Shown: one piece after another, positions 24,217-33,100 of the stretch
How the letters are laid out: each line of letters starts with the position of its first letter
Position numbering within the stretch: position 1 is the stretch's first letter
Assembly: GCA_045586105.1 (NCBI GenBank)
Contig: JAZMZS010000135.1
Location: 1-38,446, forward strand
DNA from: Eubacteriales bacterium
GTDB taxonomy: Bacteria; Bacillota; Clostridia; Oscillospirales; CAG-272
Direction: 5' to 3'
Length of the DNA stretch: 38,446 bases
The notes under the pieces: model-generated
Databases searched by the model: none
The model's input: only the letters and a program-made list of their open reading frames with translations
What the model was told of the DNA's origin: nothing
Position numbers and translations under genes: made by a program

Positions 24217-25386
24217 ATGGAAAAGATCAAGCTCGGTATCCTCGGCATGGGAAACATAGGCAGACTGCACCTTGATAACGTGCTCGGAGGACACTGCCCC
24301 TCGGTTGAGGTAAGCGCAGTATGCGATATTGACGAAAAGAAGCTCGGATACGCAAAAGAAAAGCTCCCCGATGCAAGGTACTTCAGCGACGCGATAGAAA
24401 TGCTCGATTCGGGCGCCGTTAACGCCGTTATCGTAGCAGTACCTCACTACGATCATCCCACCTACGCGATCGAGGCGTTCAAGCGCGGCATCAACGTAAT
24501 CATCGAAAAGCCCGCAGGAGTCTACACGCGTCAGGTAAGAGAGATGAACGAGGCTGCCGACCGTGCGGGAGTAAAATTCGGCATCATGTTCAACCAGCGT
24601 ACCGATCCTCTCTACGTAAAGGCGCACGAGATCGTACAGAGCGGACAGCTCGGCGAGCTCAAGCGCCTCGTATGGATAGTCACGAACTGGTACAGAACCC
24701 AGGCTTACTACGATTCGGGAAGCTGGCGTGCTACCTGGAACGGTGAGGGCGGCGGAGTTCTTCTCAATCAGGCTCCTCACAATCTCGATCTCTGGCAGTG
24801 GATATTCGGAATGCCCAAGCGCGTACGTGCGTTTTGTGAGCTCGGAAAGTACCACAACGTTGCGATAGAGGATGACGTTACCATCTTCGGAGAATACGAA
24901 AACGGCGCGACCGCTACCTTCATCACTACCACGGGCGAGGCTCCGGGAACCAACCGTCTCGAGATATCGGGCGACCGCGGAAAGATCGTGATCGAGGGCG
25001 GCAAGCTCAAATGGTGGAAGCTCGAGACTCCCGAAAGAGAGTTCTGCTACACCTGCAAAAAGGGCATGGCAATGCCCGCTACCACCTGCGAGGAATTCAC
25101 CTTCGACAGCGTAAACGGCCACGCCACGGTGCTCGAGACCTTTGCCCGTTCGATCATCGACGGAACTCCCCTGATAGCGGACGGACGAGAGGGTCTGAAT
25201 TCTCTCTCCATCTCGAACGCAGCGTATATCTCCACCTGGACGGGTAATTTTTCCGATATAAACGTCGACGAGGAGCTCTTCGAGCAGCACCTCAAGGAGC
25301 TCTGCGCAAGCGAGGTAGAAAAAAAGAAGGATTCGGAGCCCGAATCCCTCGAATCCCTGCGCGAGCGCTGGAAGGTAAGGTGGTAA
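24217..25386 (+). CDS. Gfo/Idh/MocA family NAD(P)-dependent oxidoreductase
   Basis: Rossmann start KLGILGMGNIGRLH and EKP motif NVIIEKPAG. C-terminal alpha/beta domain blocks: GGGVLLNQAPHNLDLWQWIFG, EDDVTIFGEYENGATATF. RBS AAGGAGA lies upstream of the ATG at 24217. The ATG at 24187 lies inside the preceding gene. Confidence 0.9.
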   Translation: MEKIKLGILGMGNIGRLHLDNVLGGHCPSVEVSAVCDIDEKKLGYAKEKLPDARYFSDAIEMLDSGAVNAVIVAVPHYDHPTYAIEAFKRGINVIIEKPAGVYTRQVREMNEAADRAGVKFGIMFNQRTDPLYVKAHEIVQSGQLGELKRLVWIVTNWYRTQAYYDSGSWRATWNGEGGGVLLNQAPHNLDLWQWIFGMPKRVRAFCELGKYHNVAIEDDVTIFGEYENGATATFITTTGEAPGTNRLEISGDRGKIVIEGGKLKWWKLETPEREFCYTCKKGMAMPATTCEEFTFDSVNGHATVLETFARSIIDGTPLIADGREGLNSLSISNAAYISTWTGNFSDINVDEELFEQHLKELCASEVEKKKDSEPESLESLRERWKVRW

Positions 25387-25436
25387 AATGGTAAGATAAT
25401 AAAACTGCAAAACGGTAACGGAAGCACGGGCGTAAG

Positions 25437-26231
25437 TCAATTATTCCTCGTTCTTCTCAGGTATTCCCTCGGGTTCATTCCCGTGTCCTTGAGAAAGGCG
25501 CGGTTGAAGGTCCGAATAGACGAAAACCCGGAGCCGAGCGCCGCGGCGGTGACGCTCTCTCCGTCCTCAAGCCTGGCGCACGCGTCCCTGATCCTCAAAT
25601 GATTGATAAAATCGTTGAACCTTACCTTCAGCTTTGACGAAAAGAAGCGTGAGATATGATAACGGTCGATATAAAGATCTCGTGACAGGGCGGCTAGCGT
25701 CAGAGGCGCTCTGAAATTCTTCATGCAATAATCAATAATACGCCGTTCCGTGGACGGAGCGCTCGACGGCGCGTCCTCAAGGGTAAGCATAGACAGTACG
25801 GTACTGAGAAGTACTGCAAAATACCCGCGCGCTATCTGTTTGTCGTAGAAGGTACGGCGGCGGTTATGCTCGTATATCCCTTCAAATGCCCGCAGCAGCT
25901 CTGCGGTCCTCCCGCCCGATCCGATCACGGGCTCGGCGGGGAGCTTGGATGCGAAGATCTCCGCGAGCGGCGGACATATATCGGCGGGAAACAGGAAGGT
26001 ATAGCAGCACAGATCTCTTTCGTTCGAGTAAGAGTGTATTCTGTTCGGGAAAGCAACGAACACGTCCCCCTCTCGAAGCTCGTATTCTGAAAAATCCACC
26101 GAAGCGGTGCAGCTGCCGCGAAGAACGGCGACGAGCTCCACGGTCTCGTGATAATGAGGGGGAAAATCGATATACTCCCTCTTCCACGTCAAAACTCTTC
26201 CCGTCTTTTCACTCTCATAAGTTACCGACAT
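25437..26231 (-). CDS. AraC/XylS family transcriptional regulator (cupin + HTH)
   Basis: 264 aa from the ATG at 26231 (RBS GGAGGA). Cupin half: YIDFPPHYHETVELVAVLRGSCTASVDFSEYELREGDVFVAFPNRIHSY. HTH half: LSRDLYIDRYHISRFFSSKLKVRFNDFINHLRIRDACARL...GFSSIRTFNRAFLKDTGMNPREY. The ORF-track extension to 26690 has no support. Confidence 0.88.
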   Translation of the reverse strand: MSVTYESEKTGRVLTWKREYIDFPPHYHETVELVAVLRGSCTASVDFSEYELREGDVFVAFPNRIHSYSNERDLCCYTFLFPADICPPLAEIFASKLPAEPVIGSGGRTAELLRAFEGIYEHNRRRTFYDKQIARGYFAVLLSTVLSMLTLEDAPSSAPSTERRIIDYCMKNFRAPLTLAALSRDLYIDRYHISRFFSSKLKVRFNDFINHLRIRDACARLEDGESVTAAALGSGFSSIRTFNRAFLKDTGMNPREYLRRTRNN

Positions 26232-26290
26232 TGTCTTATCCTCCGTTTGCATAAACGCAATAAATGGCCAAAACAATTTCACTATTTGTC

Positions 26291-26318
26291 TTGTATTATA
26301 GCACCAATCTGCTATAAT
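26291..26318 (+). promoter_or_regulatory. Candidate promoter for the second unknown-family gene
   Basis: TTGTAT (26291-26296), a 16-nt spacer, then the extended -10 TGCTATAAT (26310-26318). It is flanked by two copies of AAATGGCCA (26262-26270 and 26359-26367). Confidence 0.5.
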
Positions 26319-26400
26319 GTAAATACAAAACTGTTTTTCGGCGCTGTTTCTTTGCAAAAAATGGCCATTGTGTTTTATCGATAACGATAAGGAGATTCTT

Positions 26401-28377
26401 ATGACTAATGCTAAACATGCAAGGCTTGATCTTTTTACCCTCGACGCAACCAAAGCCTTAGAGCTGTGCGCACCCATTATAGAGGTGAACGGCAAGGAGC
26501 TGAGGATGTCTCCCGTATGCTCGGCAAAGCTCTCTGCCGAATACGAAGGACACGAGATGACAGCACGCGACGTTATCACTCCGATGGATGACGAGCTGTA
26601 TCTTCTCGAGCGCACCGTCACTAACGTGAGCCGCAGCACGCGCACCTTCAAGCTGATAACCGAGCTTGAGACCGCATACGCTCCGACCAAGTATAATATT
26701 CCCTGCGTAAGTTACGGCGGAAACGCCCGCTCGGACGGTAAGGAATACAAAGGCACCGAGCTTGACGGCGAGACGTGGATATACGCGTACGACAGAACGG
26801 GAATACCCTCGTGCACGGAGGCTGAGTGCGACGGGATCGTTACGGCAGTCTTTGCCTCCGAGAAAAGCGAGGATTCGCTGAGATCCTCATGTGCGTTCGT
26901 GTCTCTTCCCGACGGAAGGATGGCACACCGCATCTACTACCCCGTGACGGAGGCTCCTTACACCTACTGCGACCACGATATCATGTCTCCGAGATACGAC
27001 GAATATCTCACTCTCAAGCCCCGTGAAAGCTTTTCGGTCGTTTCCTATATCTATATAGGCAAGCCGAAATGGAAGAACTACGGCATGGCAAACGTGCTCG
27101 ACGCGGCGCTCGGACTGTATAACAACCTACGCGCTCCGTCCCTTTCACCCGAGGAGGTATGGGATACCTCTATCGCGTGGTCCGACTTTCTTCTCTGTGA
27201 TTATCACGGAGCGAAGATGTTCCGCAATATGTTCCGCCACGCAAAGGAGGGAGACGGTCTTTACGCTCCCTACGAGATCTTTGAGGCGGGATGGTCGGGA
27301 CAGTGCATGCAGCAGGCGAGAACGTTCATTCTCGAATACAAGCGCTCGGGCATCAAGCGTTATCTTGACGATGCGCTGTCCTGCCTTGACGCGTGGGTAA
27401 AAACGCAAAAGGACTGCGGGCTCTTCCCTACGAATTACGCAAGGCATATAAACGGCAAATACCTGCCAAACGACGTCTGCAACTATTCCTGGGGAGCGAT
27501 CGAGATGACCAGATCCTATTCTCTGTTGAAAGGTATCGGCATCGACCGTCCCGAATACGCTGACTTTGCCCGCAGGGTGCTTGATTTTCTCATTTCTCAG
27601 TACACAGACGAGGGAGGCTTCGGTCTTACATACACGGTGTTTGGAGAAAAGGTATCCGACGGCGGCTCGATCGGCGGCTTTACCTGCATGGCGCTCGTGG
27701 AATTCTACAAGCTCACGGGAGAGAGTCGTTACCTTGATATGGCAATACGCTCCTTTGATATGTACTTCAAGCGTGATCTTGACGATTTTATATGCACGGC
27801 GGGAGCTATCGACTGTGCCTGCATAGACAAGGAAACGGCATATCCCTTTATCTACACGGCGCTTGAGCTTTACGAGATAACGAAAGAGCCGATATATCTC
27901 GAGCGTGCCGAGAAGGCGGCGTACTACTTCTTCTCCTGGGCGTATCACTTCGACGCTCTGTACCCCGACGATTGTAACTTTAACGAATACGGCTACTACA
28001 CCTCGGGCGGCACTGCCGTATCTACCCAGCATCCCGCTATCGACCCGTGGGGTGAGATCGCGGTACCCGATTTCGTTAAAATAGCAAGATACACGGGTGA
28101 CGAGCGCTGGATAAAGCGTGCAAAGATGATGTGGAACAACGCGATCCTCTGTATCACCACGGACAAGGAGGGCGACGTCAAGCTTGGACACAAGCGCCCG
28201 TACGGTGCGCAAAGCGAGGCGTTCTTCCAGTGCAGATGGACAAGAAGCTACCGCCCCGACTGCGAGCAGCGCGGACACATAAACGACATGTTCGTGGGAT
28301 GGGTAAGTGCATACCGGCTCTCGGCGCTTGAGAGGATCACAAGGGTATGCCCCGAGGGAGCGGATCTTCTCAGATAA
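26401..28377 (+). CDS. Cytoplasmic protein of unassigned family; paralog of 18536-20407
   Basis: 658 aa from the ATG at 26401 (RBS AAGGAGA), with no signal peptide. Conserved blocks match the paralog: WIYAYDRTGIPSCTEAECD, EAGWSGQ, GIDRP, TAGAIDCACIDKET, YYFFSWAYHF, AVSTQHPAIDPW, QSEAFFQCRWTR. Confidence 0.8.
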   Translation: MTNAKHARLDLFTLDATKALELCAPIIEVNGKELRMSPVCSAKLSAEYEGHEMTARDVITPMDDELYLLERTVTNVSRSTRTFKLITELETAYAPTKYNIPCVSYGGNARSDGKEYKGTELDGETWIYAYDRTGIPSCTEAECDGIVTAVFASEKSEDSLRSSCAFVSLPDGRMAHRIYYPVTEAPYTYCDHDIMSPRYDEYLTLKPRESFSVVSYIYIGKPKWKNYGMANVLDAALGLYNNLRAPSLSPEEVWDTSIAWSDFLLCDYHGAKMFRNMFRHAKEGDGLYAPYEIFEAGWSGQCMQQARTFILEYKRSGIKRYLDDALSCLDAWVKTQKDCGLFPTNYARHINGKYLPNDVCNYSWGAIEMTRSYSLLKGIGIDRPEYADFARRVLDFLISQYTDEGGFGLTYTVFGEKVSDGGSIGGFTCMALVEFYKLTGESRYLDMAIRSFDMYFKRDLDDFICTAGAIDCACIDKETAYPFIYTALELYEITKEPIYLERAEKAAYYFFSWAYHFDALYPDDCNFNEYGYYTSGGTAVSTQHPAIDPWGEIAVPDFVKIARYTGDERWIKRAKMMWNNAILCITTDKEGDVKLGHKRPYGAQSEAFFQCRWTRSYRPDCEQRGHINDMFVGWVSAYRLSALERITRVCPEGADLLR

Positions 28378-28591
28378 GGATAAAAACACACAAAAGCAAT
28401 GCATGGCAGCTGACCTGCAAAGCATTTATGCACATTTGTAAGCTTTTTCCATTTTGCCCGCACAAACATTATGCATATAAAAAACAACAAGTTGCACTTT
28501 TATTTTATCCCGTATGGTGATATTATTATATTGTAAAATTTTTATCGGCAGTGCAATTCTGCCGGCTATTCTCTAAAAGGAGGCTAATCAA

Positions 28592-30106
28592 ATGAAAAGA
28601 TTTGCAAAAACACTTTGCATCTGTCTTTGTCTCTGCATGCTCGTACCTATGATAGTTGCATGCGACGGAGATAAGGTCACAGACCCCGCAAACACAGTTG
28701 ACCTCAGCGGCGGCGCATCCACGGGCGGTGTCAACATCGGAGGAGATGATAAAGATCCCTCCCAGGGCGGCACCAATACCGACAGCTACACCCCCTCGGG
28801 CAACAAGTATGACGGAACCGACTTTGTAGTTCTCGTATCCAACAAGGCTTCGAACTTTATCAACATGTTCGAGTTCAAGGAAGAGGATCCCTCCATCATC
28901 GACACCGCTATCAACAGAAAGAACGCTTATGTCGCAAACGACTACGGTGTAAGCTTCACTACGGTGCCCGATCTCGGCGGAAACAACACCGCAGGCCAGA
29001 AGATGATCCAGTCTCACGGCTCTAACTCGGTTGATTACCACCTCTCCTACATAGACTCCTACACCATCGTTTCTCTCGCTACCAGAGGCGTTCTCTATGA
29101 TCTCGCAGAGCTCGAGGCGATCAACCTCAACAACAGCTGGTGGGACCAGAGAGCTAACACAGACCTCTCCATCAACGGTCAGATGTACTTCACCACAGGT
29201 GATATCGACATCTGGGACGATATGCAGCAGTTCATCATGATGTTCAACCGTACTCTGTTCGCAGAGAAGGTAGACAAGTACTCGGTAGACGAGTTCTACG
29301 CTCTCGCAGAGGAGGGTAAGTGGACCTACGACGAGTTCTATGAGCTCGCTAAGGGAATCACGGATGACATCAACGGTGACGACAAGCTCGATGATAACGA
29401 TATCTGGGGAATGATCACCTGGGACGATACCATCTACTCGGTATTCTCCTCTACCGGTGCCAAGGTCGTAAACAATGACAACAACACCCTCACCCTCGGT
29501 ATGATAGGCGACGAGCGCTCTATCAACTGCATGACCCAGTACACCGAGTGGACTCAGCAGAACGCATACAACTATTCAAGAGACGGCGGCGGATCCAAGG
29601 CTATCAAGATCTTCCAGGAAGACCGCGCACTCTTCTTCATGGGCAGACTTCAGTCCCTCGACCACTACAGAGACATGAAGAGCGACTTCGGTGTTGTACC
29701 CGTTCCCAAGTACACCACAGAAGATGACTACTACGTAACCGTATCTCCTTACCATATGTCCATGATATGCACTCTCGGTCTCGAGGATCAGAAGGACATG
29801 AGAGCAGAGGTCATCGAGTCCTGCGCTTACTACGGTGCACAGGAATGTACTCCCGCATACAGAGAGAAGACTCTCGAGGGTACCAACATCCGTGACGAGG
29901 GATCTCTTATGACCCTTAAGCTCTGCGCTACCAACCGTATCTATGATATCGGCTTCTACATCTCCCCCGGCGACATCCAGAAGCAGCTCATCACCCTCTA
30001 CCGTGTATGGGGTACTCAGTACGCTTCCACCTACGAGCAGTACAAGAGTGCAGCTGAGCAGGCGATTGCCGATGTTGCAGGCGCTTACGCAAGTCTCGCT
30101 CAGTAA
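28592..30106 (+). CDS. ABC-transporter-type extracellular solute-binding lipoprotein (large family-1 SBP, LplA-like)
   Basis: Lipoprotein signal MKRFAKTLCICLCLCMLVPMIVAC (lipobox Cys). A G/D/T-rich linker follows. The roughly 450-aa body has SBP-like blocks (DFVVLV..., NNSWWDQ, GDIDIWDDMQ, WTYDEFYELAK, DIWGM, FGVVPVPKY). RBS AAGGAGG. Confidence 0.7.
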   Translation: MKRFAKTLCICLCLCMLVPMIVACDGDKVTDPANTVDLSGGASTGGVNIGGDDKDPSQGGTNTDSYTPSGNKYDGTDFVVLVSNKASNFINMFEFKEEDPSIIDTAINRKNAYVANDYGVSFTTVPDLGGNNTAGQKMIQSHGSNSVDYHLSYIDSYTIVSLATRGVLYDLAELEAINLNNSWWDQRANTDLSINGQMYFTTGDIDIWDDMQQFIMMFNRTLFAEKVDKYSVDEFYALAEEGKWTYDEFYELAKGITDDINGDDKLDDNDIWGMITWDDTIYSVFSSTGAKVVNNDNNTLTLGMIGDERSINCMTQYTEWTQQNAYNYSRDGGGSKAIKIFQEDRALFFMGRLQSLDHYRDMKSDFGVVPVPKYTTEDDYYVTVSPYHMSMICTLGLEDQKDMRAEVIESCAYYGAQECTPAYREKTLEGTNIRDEGSLMTLKLCATNRIYDIGFYISPGDIQKQLITLYRVWGTQYASTYEQYKSAAEQAIADVAGAYASLAQ

Positions 30107-30145
30107 TGAGACTTGATTTCCAATTCTGAACGAACGAGGAAAAAA

Positions 30146-33100
30146 ATGAAAAAGAATAGGTTGATTGCGATAATAATTTCGCTCTTGACCGCATTGGTAC
30201 TGTCCGCCGTAGCTATGAGTGCTGCTGCGGACAGTACTCAAAATGTGGTATTTTTGAGTGCGAAGGGTAAAAGTACAAATGACGGTCTGTCCGCTGACAA
30301 GCCCGTCAACACAATGGCTGCCGCTTACAAAAAGATAAACGGCAACGGCACGATAGTCCTCTGCGGCAAGTATTCTGTTTCCTTTGCCGCTGACGGAAAA
30401 TTCCCGACCTCTGACGGCGCTGTTACCATAACAAGCGTATATGACGGCGTGGACTACCGTGAGAAGGGCGCTGTTTTCTGTATCGGCGCTAACATCAACA
30501 TCGGCTCGGATATGACGATCGAAAACGTCAAGATCGAGCCATCCTCCAGCCCCAGGATCTTCTGTAACGGTCATAACGTCAAGTTCGGCGAGGGCATAGA
30601 GACAAGCGCAAACGGCAGAGCTCCTACGGTCTTCGGCGGTCGCGATCTTACCGAAGAGGGCGCAACGATCAAGAACTCTCAGTTCTTCGGCTTTACGCTC
30701 GAGGTATGCTCGGGAACCTGGCAGTACGTTACCTGCGGTAACTACCGCTCGGGCGAGAACTGCATCATAGGTGTAGTCGGAGACGTAAACCTTATAATCA
30801 ACGGCGGTACCTTCAAGGCGACGGGTGCAGGAAACTCCGACCACGAGGTCGTATCCGGCGTTGCGGGCTCGGGACTCTTCGGAGATCTCAACATGACCAT
30901 CAATGACGGTACGTTTGAGTGCTCCGTATTCGGCATGGCTACCTGCTCGATGAACGGCTCAAGACGTATTCCCGGTCATCAGGGCGACGTACGCATGACG
31001 ATCAACGGCGGTAACTTCAAGGGTACTCAGATAGCGGCAGTTCAGGAAAGAACCAACTTCCTCGACGGCGATTTCTATCTCGATATCAAGGGCGGAAGCT
31101 TTACTTCCCTCTTCTCCACCATCAATGCGGACGGTGTTGACGGAACCGCTTACTACACCGTAGACCCTGCTCTCGAGCAGTTTGTCAGCGGCTTCGGCGC
31201 TAACGTTTACGTCAGCCCCTCCGGTAAGGATGATGCTGACGGAAGCGCATCTGCTCCCGTAAAGACGCTGAGCGCAGCGGCTAAGCTTCTGCCCAAGGGC
31301 GGACGCATTATCCTGCTCGGCAATATCAACTCCAAAAATGAAACTCTCGACGCATCCGAGGGCACTATCCTGATCACGGGCAAGACCTCGCTCGAGGACC
31401 GCAGCGCTAACGCTTCTCTTACCGTAAGCGGTGCTCTGACCTTCGGATCTGATGCAAGATTCGAATACCTCACAATAAAATGCGCAAGCAATGCCGAGAT
31501 ATGTGCAGGCGGACATGATCTCACGATCGGAGCTGAGGTAGAGACCTACAATTCCGAGACCGAGACCTCCGAGGGAGGAGATGTAAAGGTCGAGGGCGAC
31601 CTTATCGTTTCGGGCGGAGACGGAGCCGAGGCGCACAAGATCGTGCTCAACTCGGGAACATACCTTACCGTTCGCGGCGGTATGTCCGAGGCAGGAACTG
31701 CCGTAGTTATCAACGGCGGTACCTACAACGGCTCGGTATACGGCGCAGGCCCTGTCAAGACCAAGGGAACCGCTTCCGTTCTTGTAAACGGCGGCGTGAT
31801 CAAGGCTAACCTCTGGGGAAGCGAGAAGGGCTCGAGCGCAAGCACCGGTGTTTCGATCACGGGCGGTCATATCTACACAGCCCAGATCGGAGCTGCACGC
31901 AAGAATTCCGTAGGCGGTGAATTCTCGCTCGGAATGTGGGGCGGTACCTTCTATGCGGTTCCTTCGATCAGCACCGAGGGAGCACAGAAGGCAAGCGCAG
32001 CGGCTGATCCTTCTCTCGCAGGCGCGATCGCTTCTATAGAAAACAAGGTCCAGAACGTATTCGTTGCCGACGGCGGCACGGGCGACGGCTCGAGCCCCCT
32101 TAATCCTATCGGCAGCTTCAGCGAGGCAGCAAAGCTCATCGGCGAGGCAGGCGGTAACATCGTCATTATGGATGACGTCAGCATCAACAACCTCTCCACC
32201 GTTCTTGCAAAGGGACCTGTCACCATCACCTCCTTCGGAGGCGGCTGCGACTGGTCTATAGCTGATGATGCAAGGCTCGTAATGAGCGATTCGATCACTA
32301 TTTCCAAGCAAACCCTGTTTGACTATATCACCATCTTTGCCGCCGAGAACAACACATATATTGCGGCAAACAGCAACAAGCTGGAGTTTGGCGAGCATGT
32401 AACGTGTCTTGTACACGAGGGCAGAGGCGTTGAATATCCCGTATCCGTATACGGCGGTGTTTACATAAGCGGCTCGAGCTACGGCGGCGTCAGAGCTACA
32501 GACGTTACCATCAGATCCGGCTGGTACTACAGAGTAGTCGGAGGTAACTGGAGAGCAAACGGCAAGAATGAGACGGCGCGTACCATTACCGGCGACATCA
32601 ACCTCACTATCTACGGCGGTCTTTACACCAACATGGTAGCCGCAAACGGAAACAACGATCTCACAGGTAACGCAACTCTGAATATCTACGGCGGTACCTT
32701 CAAGTGCCCTGTATTCGGACTTGCAAACAATTCTCCCGACATTCATGCTGAGAACGGAACCGTAAAGGGTGACGTCACCATCAATATCTGGGGCGGAACG
32801 ATCTGCGGTAACCTTGATGCTTCAAAGGACTACAAGTACAACTTCACAGGCAAATACACTCTCAACGTATATGACGGTAACCTCACACGTGTAACCACCA
32901 TCAGAGGAACCGAAGGAATGGCGGCAGGTGCGTGCACCTCCACCATCAACTCGGATGCGGATCTCAAGTTCTCCGAGGCATGCTCGGGCGAGATAGAATT
33001 CACAAATCCTATCGCAGGCTACGCTGACCCCTCGGTCCAGTATGATGCGGACACAGGCTATTATTATTACACCTACTCGGGTCTTTACGGCGGTAAGCAG

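Noticed and set aside
24169-25440. Long antisense ORFs opposite well-supported genes. They include: 24169-25440 (423 aa), 27145-28425 (426 aa), 29576-30844 (422 aa), 30959-32746 (595 aa), 32822-33643, 8526-9152, 9783-10439, 4077-4856, 11893-12510, 13366-13863, 23082-23669, 37712-38356.
   Set aside because: Each lies fully opposite a gene with clear family motifs. Their translations are Arg/Ser/Gly/Val/Ala-rich with no motifs, RBSs or signal features. This is typical of shadow ORFs in GC-rich DNA.
26361-26384. Seven-codon mini-ORF (MAIVFYR) in the leader of the 26401 gene as a regulatory leader peptide
   Set aside because: No Shine-Dalgarno sequence precedes it and there is no attenuator-like alternative hairpin downstream. 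It is noted only as overlapping the AAATGGCCA repeat.
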